In this document: positions 28,498 through 42,769 of the stretch, piece by piece
Layout: each line of letters opens with the position of its first letter
Numbering within the stretch: the first letter of the stretch is position 1
Source of the DNA: Eledone cirrhosa
Lineage: Eukaryota
Reading direction: 5' to 3'
Assembly: GCA_964016885.1 (NCBI GenBank)
Contig: OZ024744.1
Coordinates: forward strand, 133,176,001-133,240,000
Length of the DNA stretch: 64,000 nucleotides
Translations under genes and position numbers: made by a program
Notes under the pieces: generated by a model
Database searches by the model: none
Seen by the model: the letters and a program-made list of their open reading frames with translations, nothing else
What the model was told of the DNA's origin: nothing

Positions 28498-28670
28498 GGG
28501 CTTAAGTTAAGTTGGGGCTAAGTTAAGTTGGGGTTAAGTCAAGTTGGAAGTTGTGGTTGAGTGAAGTTGGGGTTAAGTTAAGTTGGGGTTGAGTGAAGTT
28601 GGAGTTAAGTTAAGTTGGGGTTGAGTTACGTTGGGGTTGAGTGAAGTTGGGGTTAAGTTAAGTTGGAGTT
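28498..28670 (-). repeat. Inverted satellite island copy 4 (173 bp; two GGGG>GGAG changes)
   Basis: Same junction positions. A at 28603 and at 28667. Confidence 0.97.
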
Positions 28671-29529
28671 AACCCCAACTTAACTTAACCCCAACTTAAC
28701 TTAACCCCAACTTAACTTAACCCCAACTTAACTTAACCCCAACATAACTTAACCCCAACTTAAATTAACCCCAACTTAACTTAAACTCAACTTAACTAAC
28801 CAACTTAACTTAACCCCAACTTAACTTAACCCCAACTTAACTTAACCCCAACTTAACTTAACCCCAACTTAACTTAACCCCAACTTAAATTAACCCCAAC
28901 TTAACTTAACCCCAACTTAACTTAACCCCGACTTAACTTAACCCCAACTTAACTTAACCCCAACTTAACTTAGCCCCAACTTAACTTAGCCCCAACTTAA
29001 CTTAGCCCCAACTTAACTTAACCCCAACTTAACATAACCGCACCTTAACTTAACCTCAACTTAACTTAACTGCAACTTAACTTAACCCCAACTTAACTTA
29101 ACCCCAACTTAACTCAACACCAACTTAACTCAACCCCAACTTAGCTCAACCCCAATTTAACTCAACCCCAAGTTAACTCAACCCCAACTTAACTTAACCC
29201 CAACTTAACTGAACCCTAACTTAACTTAACCCCGACTTAAATTAAGCCCAACTTAACTTAACCCCAACTTAACTCAGCCCCAACTTAACTTAGCCCTAAC
29301 TTAACTTAACCCCAACTTAACTTAACCCCAACTTAATTAACCCCAACTTAAATTAACCCCAACTTAACTTAACACCAACTTAACGTAACCCCATCTTAAA
29401 TAAACCCCAACTTAAATTAACCCCAACTTAACTTAACCCCAACTTAACTTAACCCCAACTTAACTCAGCCCCAACTTAACTTAGCCGCAACTTAACTTAA
29501 CCCCAACTTAACTTAAGCCCAACTTAACT

Positions 29530-29985
29530 TAACCCCAACTTAACTTATCCCCAACTTAACTTAACCCCAACTTAACTTAAACCCAACTTAACTTAACCCC
29601 AACTTAAACTATCCCCAACTTAACTTATCCCCAACTTAACTTAACCCCAACTTAACTTAACCCCAACTTAACTTAACCCCAACTTAATTTAACCCCAACT
29701 TAACTTAACCTCAACTTAACTTAACCCCAACTTAACTTAACCCCAACTTAACTTAACCCCAACTTAACTTATCCCCAACTTAACTTAACCCCAACTTAAC
29801 TTAAACCCAACTTAACTTAACCCCAACTTAAACTATCCCCAACTTAACTTATCCCCAACTTAACTTAACCCCAACTTAACTTAACCCCAACTTAACTTAA
29901 CCCCAACTTAATTTAACCCCAACTTAACTTAACCTCAACTTAACTTAACCCCAACTTAACTTAACCCCAACTTAACTTAACCCCA
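29530..29985 (+). repeat. Local tandem duplication of 224 bp (14 monomers)
   Basis: AAACTATCCCC at 29606 and 29830, with the same flanking variants (ATCCCC, AAACCC, AATTT, AACCTC). Confidence 0.85.
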
Positions 29986-31379
29986 ACTTAAATTAGCCCC
30001 AACTTAACTTAACCCCAACTTAAATTAACCCCAACTTAACTTAACCCCAACTTAACTTAACCCCGACTTAAATTAACCCCAACTTAACTTAACCCCAACT
30101 TAACTTAACCCCAACTTAACTTAACCACAAATTAACTTAACCCCAACTTAACTTAACCCCAACTTAACTTAACCCCAACTTAACTTAACCCCAACTTAAC
30201 TTAACCCCAACTTAACTTAAACCTAACTTAACTTAACCCCAACTTAACCCCAACTTAACTTGACCCCAACTTAACTTAACCCCAACTTAACTCAACCCCA
30301 ACTTAACTTAACCCCAACTTCACTCAGCCCCAACTTAACTCAGCCCCAACTTAACTTAGCCCCAACTTAACTTAACACCAACTTAACTTAACCCCAACTT
30401 AACTTAACCCCAACTTAACTCAACCCCAACTTAACTTAACCCCAACTTAACTCAGCCCCAACTTAACTCAGCCCCAACTTAACTTAGCCCCAACTTAACT
30501 TAACACCAACTTAACTTAACCCCACCTTAACTTAACCCCAACTTAACTTAACCCCAACTTAACTTATCCCCAACTTAACTGAACCCCAACTTAACTTAGT
30601 CCCAACTTAACTTAGCCCCAACTTAACTTAACCCCAACTTAACTTAACCCCAACTTAACTTAACCCCAACTTAACTTATCCCCAACTTAACTTAACCCCA
30701 ACTTAACTTAAAGCCAACTTAACTTAACCCCAACTTAAATTATCCCCAACTTAACTTATCCCCAACTTAACTTAACCCCAACTTAACTTAACCCCAACTT
30801 AACTTAACCACAACTTAATTTAACCCCAACTTAACTTAACCTCAACTTAACTTAACCCCAACTTAACTTAACCCCAACTTAACTTAACCCCAACTTAACT
30901 TAACCCCAACTTAACTTAACCAGAAATTAACTTAACCCCAACTTAACTTATCCCCAACTTAACTTAACCCCGACTTAACTTAACCCCAACTTAACTTAAC
31001 CCCAACTTAACTTAACCCCAACTTAACTTAACCACAAATTAACTTAACCCCAACTTAACTTAACCCCAATTTAACTTAACCCCAACTTAACTTAACCCCA
31101 ACTTAACTTAACCCCAACTTAACTTAAACCTAACTTAACTTAACCCCAACTTAACCCCAACTTAACTTGACCCCAACTTAACTTAACCCCAACTTAACTC
31201 AACCCCGACTTAACTTAACCCCAACTTAACTCAGCCCCAACTTAATTCAGCCCCAACTTAACTTAGCCCCAACTTAACTTAACACCAACTTAACTTAACC
31301 CCAACTTAACTTAACCCCAACTTAACTTAGCCCCAACTTAACTTATCCCCAACTTAACTAAACCCCAACTTAACTCAAC

Positions 31380-33060
31380 CACAAATTAACTTAACCCCAA
31401 CTTAACTTAACCCCAACTTATTTAACCCCAACTTAACTTAACCCCAACTTAACTTAACCCCAACTTAACTTAAACCTAACTTAACTTAACCCCAACTTAA
31501 TCCCAACTTAACTTGACCCCAACTTAACTTAACCCCAACTTAACTCAACCCCAACTTAACTTAACCCCAACTTAACTAAGCCCCAACTTAACTCAGCCCC
31601 AACTTAACTTAGCCACAACTTAACTGAACACCAACTTAACTTAACCCCAACTTAACTTAACCCCAACTTAACTGAACCCCAACTTAAGTTAACCTCCACT
31701 TAACTTAACCCCAACTTAACTTAACCCCAACTTAATTTAACCCCAACTTAACTTAACCCCAACTTAATTTAACCCCAACTTAACTTAACCCCAACTTAAA
31801 TTAACCCCAACTTAATTTGACCCAACTTAAATTAACCCCAACTTAACTTACCCCCAACTTAACTTACCACCAACTTAACTTAACCCCAACTTAACTTAAC
31901 CCCAACTTAACTTAACCCCACTTAACTTAAACCCAACTTAAGTACCCCCAACTTAAGTTAACCCCAAATTAACTCAACCCCAACTTAACTTAACCCCAAC
32001 TTAACTTAACCCCAACTTAATTAGACCCAACTTAAATTAACCCCAACTTAACTTACCCCCAACTTAACTTACCCCCAACTTAACTTAACCACAACCTAAC
32101 TTAACCCCAACTTAACTTAACCCCAACTTAACTTAACCCCAACTTAACTTAACCCCACTTAACTTAAACCCAACTTAAGTACCCCCAACTTAACTTAACC
32201 CCAACTTAACTTAACCCCAACTCAACTTAACCCCGCCTTAACTTAACCCCAACTTAACTTAACCCCAACTTAACTTAACCACAATCTAACTTAACCCCAA
32301 CTTAACTTAACCCCAACTTAACTTAACCCCAACTTAACTTAACCCCAATTTAACTTAACCCCAACTTAACTTAACCCCAACTTAACTTAACCGCAACTTA
32401 ATTAGACCCAACTTAAATAAACCCCAACTTAACTTACCGCCAACTTAACTTAACCCCAGCTTAATTAGACCCAACTTAAATAAACCCCAACTTAACTTAC
32501 CGCCAACTTAACTTACCCCTAACTTAACTTAACCACAACCTAACTTAACCCCAACTTAACTTAACCCCAACTTAACTTAACCCCAACTTAACTTAACACC
32601 AACTTAACTTAACCCCAACTTAATTTAACCCCAACTTAACTCAACCCAACTTAACTTAACCCTAACTTAACCCCAAATTAACTTAACCCCAACTTAACTT
32701 AACCCCATCTTAACTTACCCCCAACTTAACTTACCACCAACTTAACTTACCCCCAACTTAAGTTAACCTTCACTTAACTTAACCCCAACTTAACTTAACC
32801 CCAACTTAATTTAACCCCAACTTAACTTAACCCCAACTTAATTTAACCCCAACTTAACTTAACCCCAACTTAAATTAACCCCAACTTAATTTGACCCAAC
32901 TTAAATTAACCCCAACTTAACTTACCCCCAACTTAACTTACCACCAACTTAACTTAACCCCAACTTAACTTAACCCCAACTTAACTTAACCCCACTTAAC
33001 TTAAACCCAACTTAAGTACCCCCAACTTAAGTTAACCCCAAATTAACTCAACCCCAACTT
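31380..33060 (+). repeat. Diverged satellite block with private variants and many 15-bp monomers
   Basis: Contains AATTAGACCC, AATTTGACCC, AAGTACCCC, AACCTCCACTT, ACCACC, ACCGCC and CCCCGCCTT, which I did not see elsewhere in the window. Confidence 0.85.
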
Positions 33061-36000
33061 AACTTAACCCCAACTTAACTTAACCCCAACTTAACTTAAC
33101 CCCAACTTAACTTAACCCCAACTTAACTTAACCACAAATTAACTTAACCCCAACTTAACTTAACCCCAACTTAACTTAACCCCAACTTAACTTAACCCCA
33201 ACTTAACTTAACCCCAACTTAACTTAAACCTAACCTAACTTAACCCCAACTTAACCCCAACTTAACTTGACCCCAACTTAACTTAACCCCAACTTAACTC
33301 AACCCCAACTTAACTTAACCCCAACTTAACTCAGCCCCAACTTAACTCAGCCCCAACTTAACTTAGCCACAACTTAACTTAACACCAACTTAACTTAACC
33401 CCAACTTAACTTAACCCCAACTTAACTTAACCCCAACTTAACTTATCCCCAACTTAACTGAACCCCAACTTAACTTAACCCCAACTTAATATAACCCCAA
33501 CTTAACTTAACCCCAACTTAACTCAACCCCAACTTAAATTAACCCCAACTTAACTTATCCCCAACTTAACTTAACCCCAACTTAATTAACCCCAACTTAA
33601 ATTAACCCCAACTTAACTTAACACCAACTTAACGTAACCCCAACTTAACTTAACCCCAACTTAACTTAAACCTAACTTAACTTAACCCCAACTTAACCCC
33701 AACTTAACTTGACCCCAACTTAACTTAACCCCAACTTAACTCAACCTCAACTTAACTTAACCCCAACTTAACTCAGCCCCAACTTAACTCAGCCCCAACT
33801 TAACTTAGCCCCAACTTAACTTAACACCAACTTAACTTAACCCCAACTTAACTTAACCCCAACTTAACTTAACCCCAACTTAACTTATCCCCAACTTAAC
33901 TGAACCCCAACTTAACTGAACCCCAACTTAAATTAACCCCAACTTAACTTAACCCCAACTTAACTTAACCCCAACTTAACTCAACCCCAACTTAACTCAA
34001 CCCCAATTTAACTCAACCCCAACTTAACTCAACCCCAACTTAACTTAACCCCAACTTAACTGAACCCTAACTTAACTTAACCCCGACTTAACTTAACCCC
34101 GACTTAACTTAACCCCAACTTAACTTAACCCCAACTTAACTTAACCCCAACTTAACTTAACCCCAACTTAATTTAACCCCATCTTAACCCCAACTTAACT
34201 TAACCCCAACTTAACTGAACCCCAACTTAACTTAACACCAACTTAACGTAACCCCAACTTAAATAAACCCCAACTTAAATTAACCCCAACTTAACTTAAC
34301 CCCAACTTAACTTAACCCCAACTTAACTTAACCCCAACTTAACTTATCCCCAACTTAACTTAACCCCAACTTAACTTAAACCCAACTTAACTTAACCCCA
34401 ACTTAACTTAACCCCAACTTAATTTAACGCCAACTTAACTTAACCTCAACTTAACTTAACCCCAACTTAACTTAACCCCAACTTAACTTAACCCCAACTT
34501 AATTTAACCCCAACTTAACTTAACCTCACCTTAACTTAGCCCCAAATTAACTTAACCCCAACTTAAATTAACCCCAACTTAACTTAACCCCAACTTAACT
34601 TAACCCCGACTTAACTTAACCCCAACTTAACTTAACCGCAACTTAACTTAACCCCAACTTAACTTAACCACAAATTAACTTAACCCCAACTTAACTTAAC
34701 CCCAACTTAACTTAACCCCAACTTAACTTAACCCCAACTTAACTTAAACCTAACTTAACTTAACCCCAACTTAACCCCAACTTAACTTGACCCCATTATA
34801 ACTTAACCCCAACTTAACTCAACCCCAACTTAACTTAACCCCAACTTAACTCAGCCCCAACTTAACTCAGCCCCAACTTAACTTAGCCCCAACTTAACTT
34901 AACACCAACTTAACTTAACCCCAACTTAACTTAACCCCAACTTAACTTAACCCCAACTTAACTTATCCCCAACTTAACTGAACCCCAACTTAACTCAACC
35001 CCAACTTAAATTAACCCCAACTTAACTTAACCCCAACTTAACTTAACCCCAACTTAATTAACCCCAACTTAAATTAACCCCAACTTAACTTAACACCAAC
35101 TTAACGTAACCCCAACTTAATTTAACCCCAACTTGAATTAACCCCAACTTAACTTGCCCCCAACTTAACTTACCCCCAACTTAACTTAACCCCAACTTAA
35201 TTTAACCCGAACTTAATTTAACCCCAACTTAACTTAAACCCAACTTAACTTAACCCCAACTTAACTTAACCCCAAATTAACTCAACCCCAACTTAACTCA
35301 ACCCCAACTTAACTTAACCCCAACTTAACTTAACCACAAATTAACTTAGCCCCAACTTAAATTAACCCCAACTTAACTCAACCACAACTTAACTTAACCC
35401 CGACTTAACTTAACCCCACCTTAACTTAACCTCAACTTAACTTAACTGCAACTTAACTTAACCCCAACTTAACTTAACCCCAACTTAACTCAACACCAAC
35501 TTAACTCAACCCCAACTTAACTCAACGCCAATTTAACTCAACCCCAACTTAACTCAACCCCAACTTAACTTAACCCCGACTTAAATTAACCCCGACTTAA
35601 CTTAACCCCAACTTAACTCAACCCCAACTTAACTTAACCCCAACTTAACTTAACCCCAACTTAACTTAACCCCAACTTAAATTAACCCCAACTTAACTTA
35701 AACTCAACTTAACTAACCAACTTAACTTAACCCCAACTTAACTTGACCCCAACTTAACTTAACCCCAACTTAACTTAAACCCAACTTAACTTAACCCCAA
35801 CTTAACTTAACCCCAACTTAACTTAACCCCAACTTAACCCCAAATTAAATTAACCTCAACTTAACTTAACCCCAACTTAACTTAGCCCCAACTTAACTTA
35901 GCCCCAACTTAACTTAGCCCCAACTTAACTTAACCCCAACTTAACTTAACCGCACCTTAACTTAACCTCAACTTAACTTAACTGCAACTTAACTTAACCC

Positions 36001-39000
36001 CAACTTAACTTAACCCCAACTTAACTCAAAACCAACTTAACTCAACCCCAACTTAACTCAACCCCAATTTAACTCAACCCCAACTTAACTCAACCCCAAC
36101 TTAACTTAACCCCAACTTAACTGAACCCTAACTTAACTTAACCCCGACTTAACTTAACCCCGACTTAACTTAACCCCAACTTAACTTAACCCCAACTTAA
36201 CTTAACCCCAACTTAATTTAACCCCAACTTAATTTAACCCCATCTTAACCCCAACTTATCTTAACCCCAACTTAACTGAACCCCAACTTAATTTAACCCC
36301 AACTTAAATAAACCCCAACTTAACTTAACCCCAACTTAACTTAACCCCAACTTAACTTAACCCCAACTTAACTCAGCCCCAACTTAACTTAGCCCCAACT
36401 TAACTTAACCCCAACTTAACTTAACCCCAACTTAACTTAACCCCAACTTAACTTAACACCAACTTAACGTAACCCCAACTTAATTTAACCCCAACTTAAA
36501 TTAACCTCAACTTAACTTAACCCCAACTTAACTTAACCCCATCTTAACTTAACCCCAACTTAACTTAACCCCAACTTAACTTAACCCCAACTTAAATTAA
36601 CCCCAACTTAACTTAACCCCAACTTAACTTAACCCCGACTTAACTTAACCCCAACTTAACTTAATCCCAACTTAACTTAACCCCAACTTAACTTAACCAC
36701 AAATTAACTTAACCCCAACTTAACTTAACCCCAACTTAACTTAACCCCAACTTAACTTAACCCCAACTTAACTTAACCCCAACTTAACTTAAACCTAACT
36801 TAACTTAACCCCAACTTAACCCCAACTTAACTTGACCCCAACTTAACTTAACCCCAACTTAACTCAACCCCAACTTAACTTAACCCCAACTTAACTCAGC
36901 CCCAACTTAACTCAGCCCCAACTTAACTTAGCCACAACTTAACTTAACACCAACTTAACTTAACCCCAACTTAACTTAACCCCAACTTAACTTAACCCCA
37001 ACTTAACTTATCCCCAACTTAACTGAACCCCAACTTAACTTAACCCCAACTCAATATAACCCCAACTTAACTTAACCCCAACTTAACTCAACCCCAACTT
37101 AAATTAACCCCAACTTAACTTATCCCCAACTTAACTTAACCCCAACTTAATTAACCCCAACTTAAATTAACCCCAACTTAACTTAACACCAACTTAACGT
37201 AACCCCAACTTAAATAAACCCCAACTTAAATGAACCCCAACTTAACTTAACCCCAACTTAAGTTAACCCCAACTTAACTCAGCCCCAACTTAACTTAGCC
37301 CCAACTTAACTTAACCCCAACTTAACTTAACCCCAACTTAACTTAACCCCAACTTAACTTAAACCTAACTTAACTTAACCCCAACTTAACCCCAACTTAA
37401 CTTGACCCCAACTTAACTTAACCTCAACTTAACTTAACCCCAACTTAACTTAACCCCATCTTAACTTAACCCCAACTTAACTTAACCCCAACTTAACTTA
37501 ACCCCAACTTAAATTAACCCCAACTTAACTTAACCCCAACTTAACTTAACCCCGACTTAACTTAACCCCAACTTAACTTAACCCCAACTTAACTTAACCC
37601 CAACTTAACTTAACCACAAATTAACTTAACCCCAACTTAACTTAACCCCAACTTAACTTAACCCCAACTTAACTTAACCCCAACTTAACTTAACCCCAAC
37701 TTAACTTAAACCTAACCTAACTTAACCCCAACTTAACCCCAACTTAACTTGACCCCAACTTAACTTAACCCCAACTTAACTCAACCCCAACTTAACTTAA
37801 CCCCAACTTAACTCAGCCCCAACTTAACTCAGCCCCAACTTAACTTAGCCACAACTTAACTTAACACCAACTTAACTTAACCCCAACTTAACTTAACCCC
37901 AACTTAACTTAACCCCAACTTAACTTATCCCCAACTTAACTGAACCCCAACTTAACTTAACCCCAACTTAATATAACCCCAACTTAACTTAACCCCAACT
38001 TAACTCAACCCCAACTTAAATTAACCCCAACTTAACTTATCCCCAACTTAACTTAACCCCAACTTAATTAACCCCAACTTAAATTAACCCCAACTTAACT
38101 TAACACCAACTTAACGTAACCCCAACTTAACTTAACCCCAACTTAACTTAAACCTAACTTAACTTAACCCCAACTTAACCCCAACTTAACTTGACCCCAA
38201 CTTAACTTAACCCCAACTTAACTCAACCCCAACTTAACTTAACCCCAACTTAACTCAGCCCCAACTTAACTCAGCCCCAACTTAACTTAGCCCCAACTTA
38301 ACTTAACAACAACTTAACTTAACCCCAACTTAACTTATCCCCAACTTAACTGAACCCCAACTTAACTGAACCCCAACTTAAATTAACCCCAACTTAACTT
38401 AACCCCAACTTAACTTAACCCCAACTTAACTCAACACCAACTTAACTCAACCCCAACTTAACTCAACCCCAATTTAACTCAACCCCAACTTAACTCAACC
38501 CCAACTTAACTTAACCCCAACTTAACTGAACCCTAACTTAACTTAACCCCGACTTAACTTAACCCCGACTTAACTTAACCCCAACTTAACTTAACCCCAA
38601 CTTAACTTAACCCCAACTTAATTTAACCCCATCTTAACCCCAACTTAACTTAACCCCAACTTAACTGAACCCCAACTTAACTTAACCCCAACTTAAATAA
38701 ACCCCAACTTAACTTAACCCCAACTTAACTTAACCCCAACTTAACTTAACCCCAACTTAACTCAGCCCCAACTTAACTTAGCCCCAACTTAACTTAAGCC
38801 CAACTTAACTTAACCCCAACTTAACTTAACCCCAACTTAACTTAACCCCAACTTAACTTAACCCCAACTTAACTTAAACCCAACTTAACTTAACCCCAAC
38901 TTAAATTATCCCCAACTTAACTTATCCCCAACTTAACTTAACCCCAACTTAACTTAACCCCAACTTAACTTAACCCCAACTTAATTTAACCCCAACTTAA

Positions 39001-40231
39001 CTTAACCTCAACTTAACTTAACCCCAACTTAACTTAACCCCATCTTAACTTAACCCCAACTTAACTTAACCCCAACTTAACTTAACCCCAACTTAAATTA
39101 ACCCCAACTTAACTTAACCCCAACTTAACTTAACCCCGACTTAACTTAACCCCAACTTAACTTAACCCCAACTTAACTTAACCCCAACTTAAGCCCAACT
39201 TAACTTGACCCCAACTTAACTTAACCCCAACTTAACTCAACCCCAACTTAACTTAACCCCAACTTAACTCAGCCCCAACTTAACTCAGCCCCAACTTAAC
39301 TTAGCCCCAACTTAACTTAACACCAACTTAACTTAACCCCACCTTAACTTAACCCCAACTTAACTTAACCCCAACTTAACTTATCCCCAACTTAACTGAA
39401 CCCCAACTTAACTTAACCCCAACTTAATATAACCCCAACTTAACTTAACCCCAACTTAACTCAACCCCAAATTATATTAACCCCAACTTAACTTAACCCC
39501 AACTTAACTTAACCCCAACTTAATTAACCCCAACTTAAATTAACCCCAACTTAACTTAACACCAACTTAACGTAACCCCAACTTAATTTAACCCCAACTT
39601 AAATTAACCCCAACTTAACTTGCCCCCAACTTAACTTACCCCCAACGTAACTTAACCCCAACTTAATTTAACCCCAACTTAATTTAACCCCAACTTAACT
39701 TAACCCCAAATTAACTCAACCCCAACTTAACTCAACCCCAACTTAACTTAACCCCAACTTAACTTAACCCCAACTTAACTTAACCACAAATTAACTTAGC
39801 CCCAACTTAAATTAACCCCAACTTAACTCAACCACAACTTAACTTAACCCCGACCTAACTTAACCCCAACTTAACTTAACCCCAACTTAATTTAACCCCA
39901 ACTTCACTCAACCCCAACTTAACTCAACCCCAACTTAACCCCAACTTAACTTAACCCCAACTTAAATTAACCACAAAGTTAACTTAACCCCAATTTAAAT
40001 TAACCCCAACTTAACTTAACCCCAACTTAACATAACCACCACTTAATTAACCCCAACTTAACTCAACCCCAACTTAACTTAACCCTAACTTAACTTAACC
40101 CCAACTTAACCGCAACTTAACTTAACCCCAACTTAACTTACCCCCAACTTAACTTACCCCCAACTTAACTGAACCCCAACTTAAGTTAAGCCTAACTTAA
40201 CTTAACGCCAACTTAACTTAACCCCGACTTA

Positions 40232-40404
40232 GGGCTTAAGTTAAGTTGGGGCTAAGTTAAGTTGGGGTTAAGTCAAGTTGGAAGTTGTGGTTGAGTGAAG
40301 TTGGGGTTAAGTTAAGTTGGGGTTGAGTGAAGTTGGGGTTAAGTTAAGTTGGGGTTGAGTTACGTTGGGGTTGAGTGAAGTTGGGGTTAAGTTAAGTTGG
40401 GGTT
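40232..40404 (-). repeat. Inverted satellite island copy 5 (173 bp)
   Basis: Same junctions and internal sequence as copy 1. Confidence 0.97.
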
Positions 40405-42769
40405 AACCCCAACTTAACTTAACTCCAACTTAACTTAACCCCAACTTAACTTAACCCCAACTTAACTTAACCCCAACATAACTTAACCCCAACTTAAATT
40501 AACCCCAACTTAACTTAAACTCAACTTAACTAACCAACTTAACTTAACCCCAACTTAACTTAACCCCAACTTAACTTAACCCCAACTTAACTTAACCCCA
40601 ACTTAAATTAACCCCAACTTAACTTAACCCCAACTTAACTTAACCCCGACTTAACTTAACCCCAACTTAATTAACCCCAACTTAACTTAGCCCCAACTTA
40701 ACTTAGCCCCAACTTAACTTAGCCCCAACTTAACTTAACCCCAACTTAACATAACCGCACCTTAACTTAACCTCAACTTAACTTAACTGCAACTTAACTT
40801 AACCCCAACTTAACTTAACCCCAACTTAACTCAACACCAACTTAACTCAACCCCAACTTAACTCAACCCCAATTTAACTCAACCCCAACTTAACTGAACC
40901 CTAACTTAACTTAACCCCGACTTAAATTAAGCCCAACTTAACTTAACCCCAACTTAACTCAGCCCCAACTTAACTTAGCCTTAACTTAACTTAACCCCAA
41001 CTTAACTTAACCCCAACTTAATTAACCCCAACTTAAATTAACCCCAACTTAACTTAACACCAACTTAACGTAACCCCATCTTAAATAAACCCCAACTTAA
41101 ATTAACCCCAACTTAACTTAACCCCAACTTAACTTAACCCCAACTTAACTCAGCCCCAACTTAACTTAGCCCCAACTTAACTTAACCCCAACTTAACTTA
41201 ACCCCAACTTAACTTAACCCCAACTTAACTTATCCCCAACTTAACTTAACCCCAACTTAACTTAAACCCAACTTAACTTAACCCCAACTTAAACTATCCC
41301 CAACTTAACTTATCCCCAACTTAACTTAACCCCAACTTAACTTAACCCCAACTTAACTTAACCCCAACTTAATTTAACCCCAACTTAACTCAACCACAAC
41401 TTAACTTAACCCCGACTTAACTTAACCCCACCTTAACTTAACCTCAACTTAACTTAACTGCAACTTAACTTAACCCCAACTTAACTTAACCCCAACTTAA
41501 CTCAACACCAACTTAACTCAACCCCAACTTAACTCAACGCCAATTTAACTCAACCCCAACTTAACTCAACCCCAACTTAACTTAACCCCGACTTAAATTA
41601 ACCCCGACTTAACTTAACCCCAACTTAACTCAACCCCAACTTAACTTAACCCCAACTTAACTTAACCCCAACTTAAATTAACCCCAACTTAACTTAAACT
41701 CAACTTAACTAACCAACTTAACTTAACCCCAACTTAACTTGACCCCAACTTAACTTAACCCCAACTTAACTTAAACCCAACTTAACTTAACCCCAACTTA
41801 ACTTAACCCCAACTTAACTTAACCCCAACTTAACCCCAAATTAAATTAACCTCAACTTAACTTAACCCCAACTTAACTTAGCCCCAACTTAACTTAGCCC
41901 CAACTTAACTTAGCCCCAACTTAACTTAACCCCAACTTAACTTAACCGCACCTTAACTTAACCTCAACTTAACTTAACTGCAACTTAACTTAACCCCAAC
42001 TTAACTTAACCCCAACTTAACTCAAAACCAACTTAACTCAACCCCAACTTAACTCAACCCCAATTTAACTCAACCCCAACTTAACTCAACCCCAACTTAA
42101 CTTAACCCCAACTTAACTGAACCCTAACTTAACTTAACCCCGACTTAACTTAACCCCGACTTAACTTAACCCCAACTTAACTTAACCCCAACTTAACTTA
42201 ACCCCAACTTAACTTAACCCCAACTTAATTTAACCCCATCTTAACCCCAACTTATCTTAACCCCAACTTAACTGAACCCCAACTTAATTTAACCCCAACT
42301 TAAATAAACCCCAACTTAACTTAACCCCAACTTAACTTAACCCCAACTTAACTTAACCCCAACTTAACTCAGCCCCAACTTAACTTAGCCCCAACTTAAC
42401 TTAACCCCAACTTAACTTAACCCCAACTTAACTTAACCCCAACTTAACTTAACACCAACTTAACGTAACCCCAACTTAATTTAACCCCAACTTAACTTAA
42501 CCTCAACTTAACTTAACCCCAACTTAACTTAACCCCATCTTAACTTAACCCCAACTTAACTGAACCCCAACTTAACTTAACCCCAACTTAAATTAACCCC
42601 AACTTAACTTAACCCCAACTTAACTTAACCCCGACTTAACTTAACCCCAACTTAACTTAATCCCAACTTAACTTAACCCCAACTTAACTTAACCACAAAT
42701 TAACTTAACCCCAACTTAACTTAACCCCAACTTAACTTAACCCCAACTTAACTTAACCCCAACTTAACT

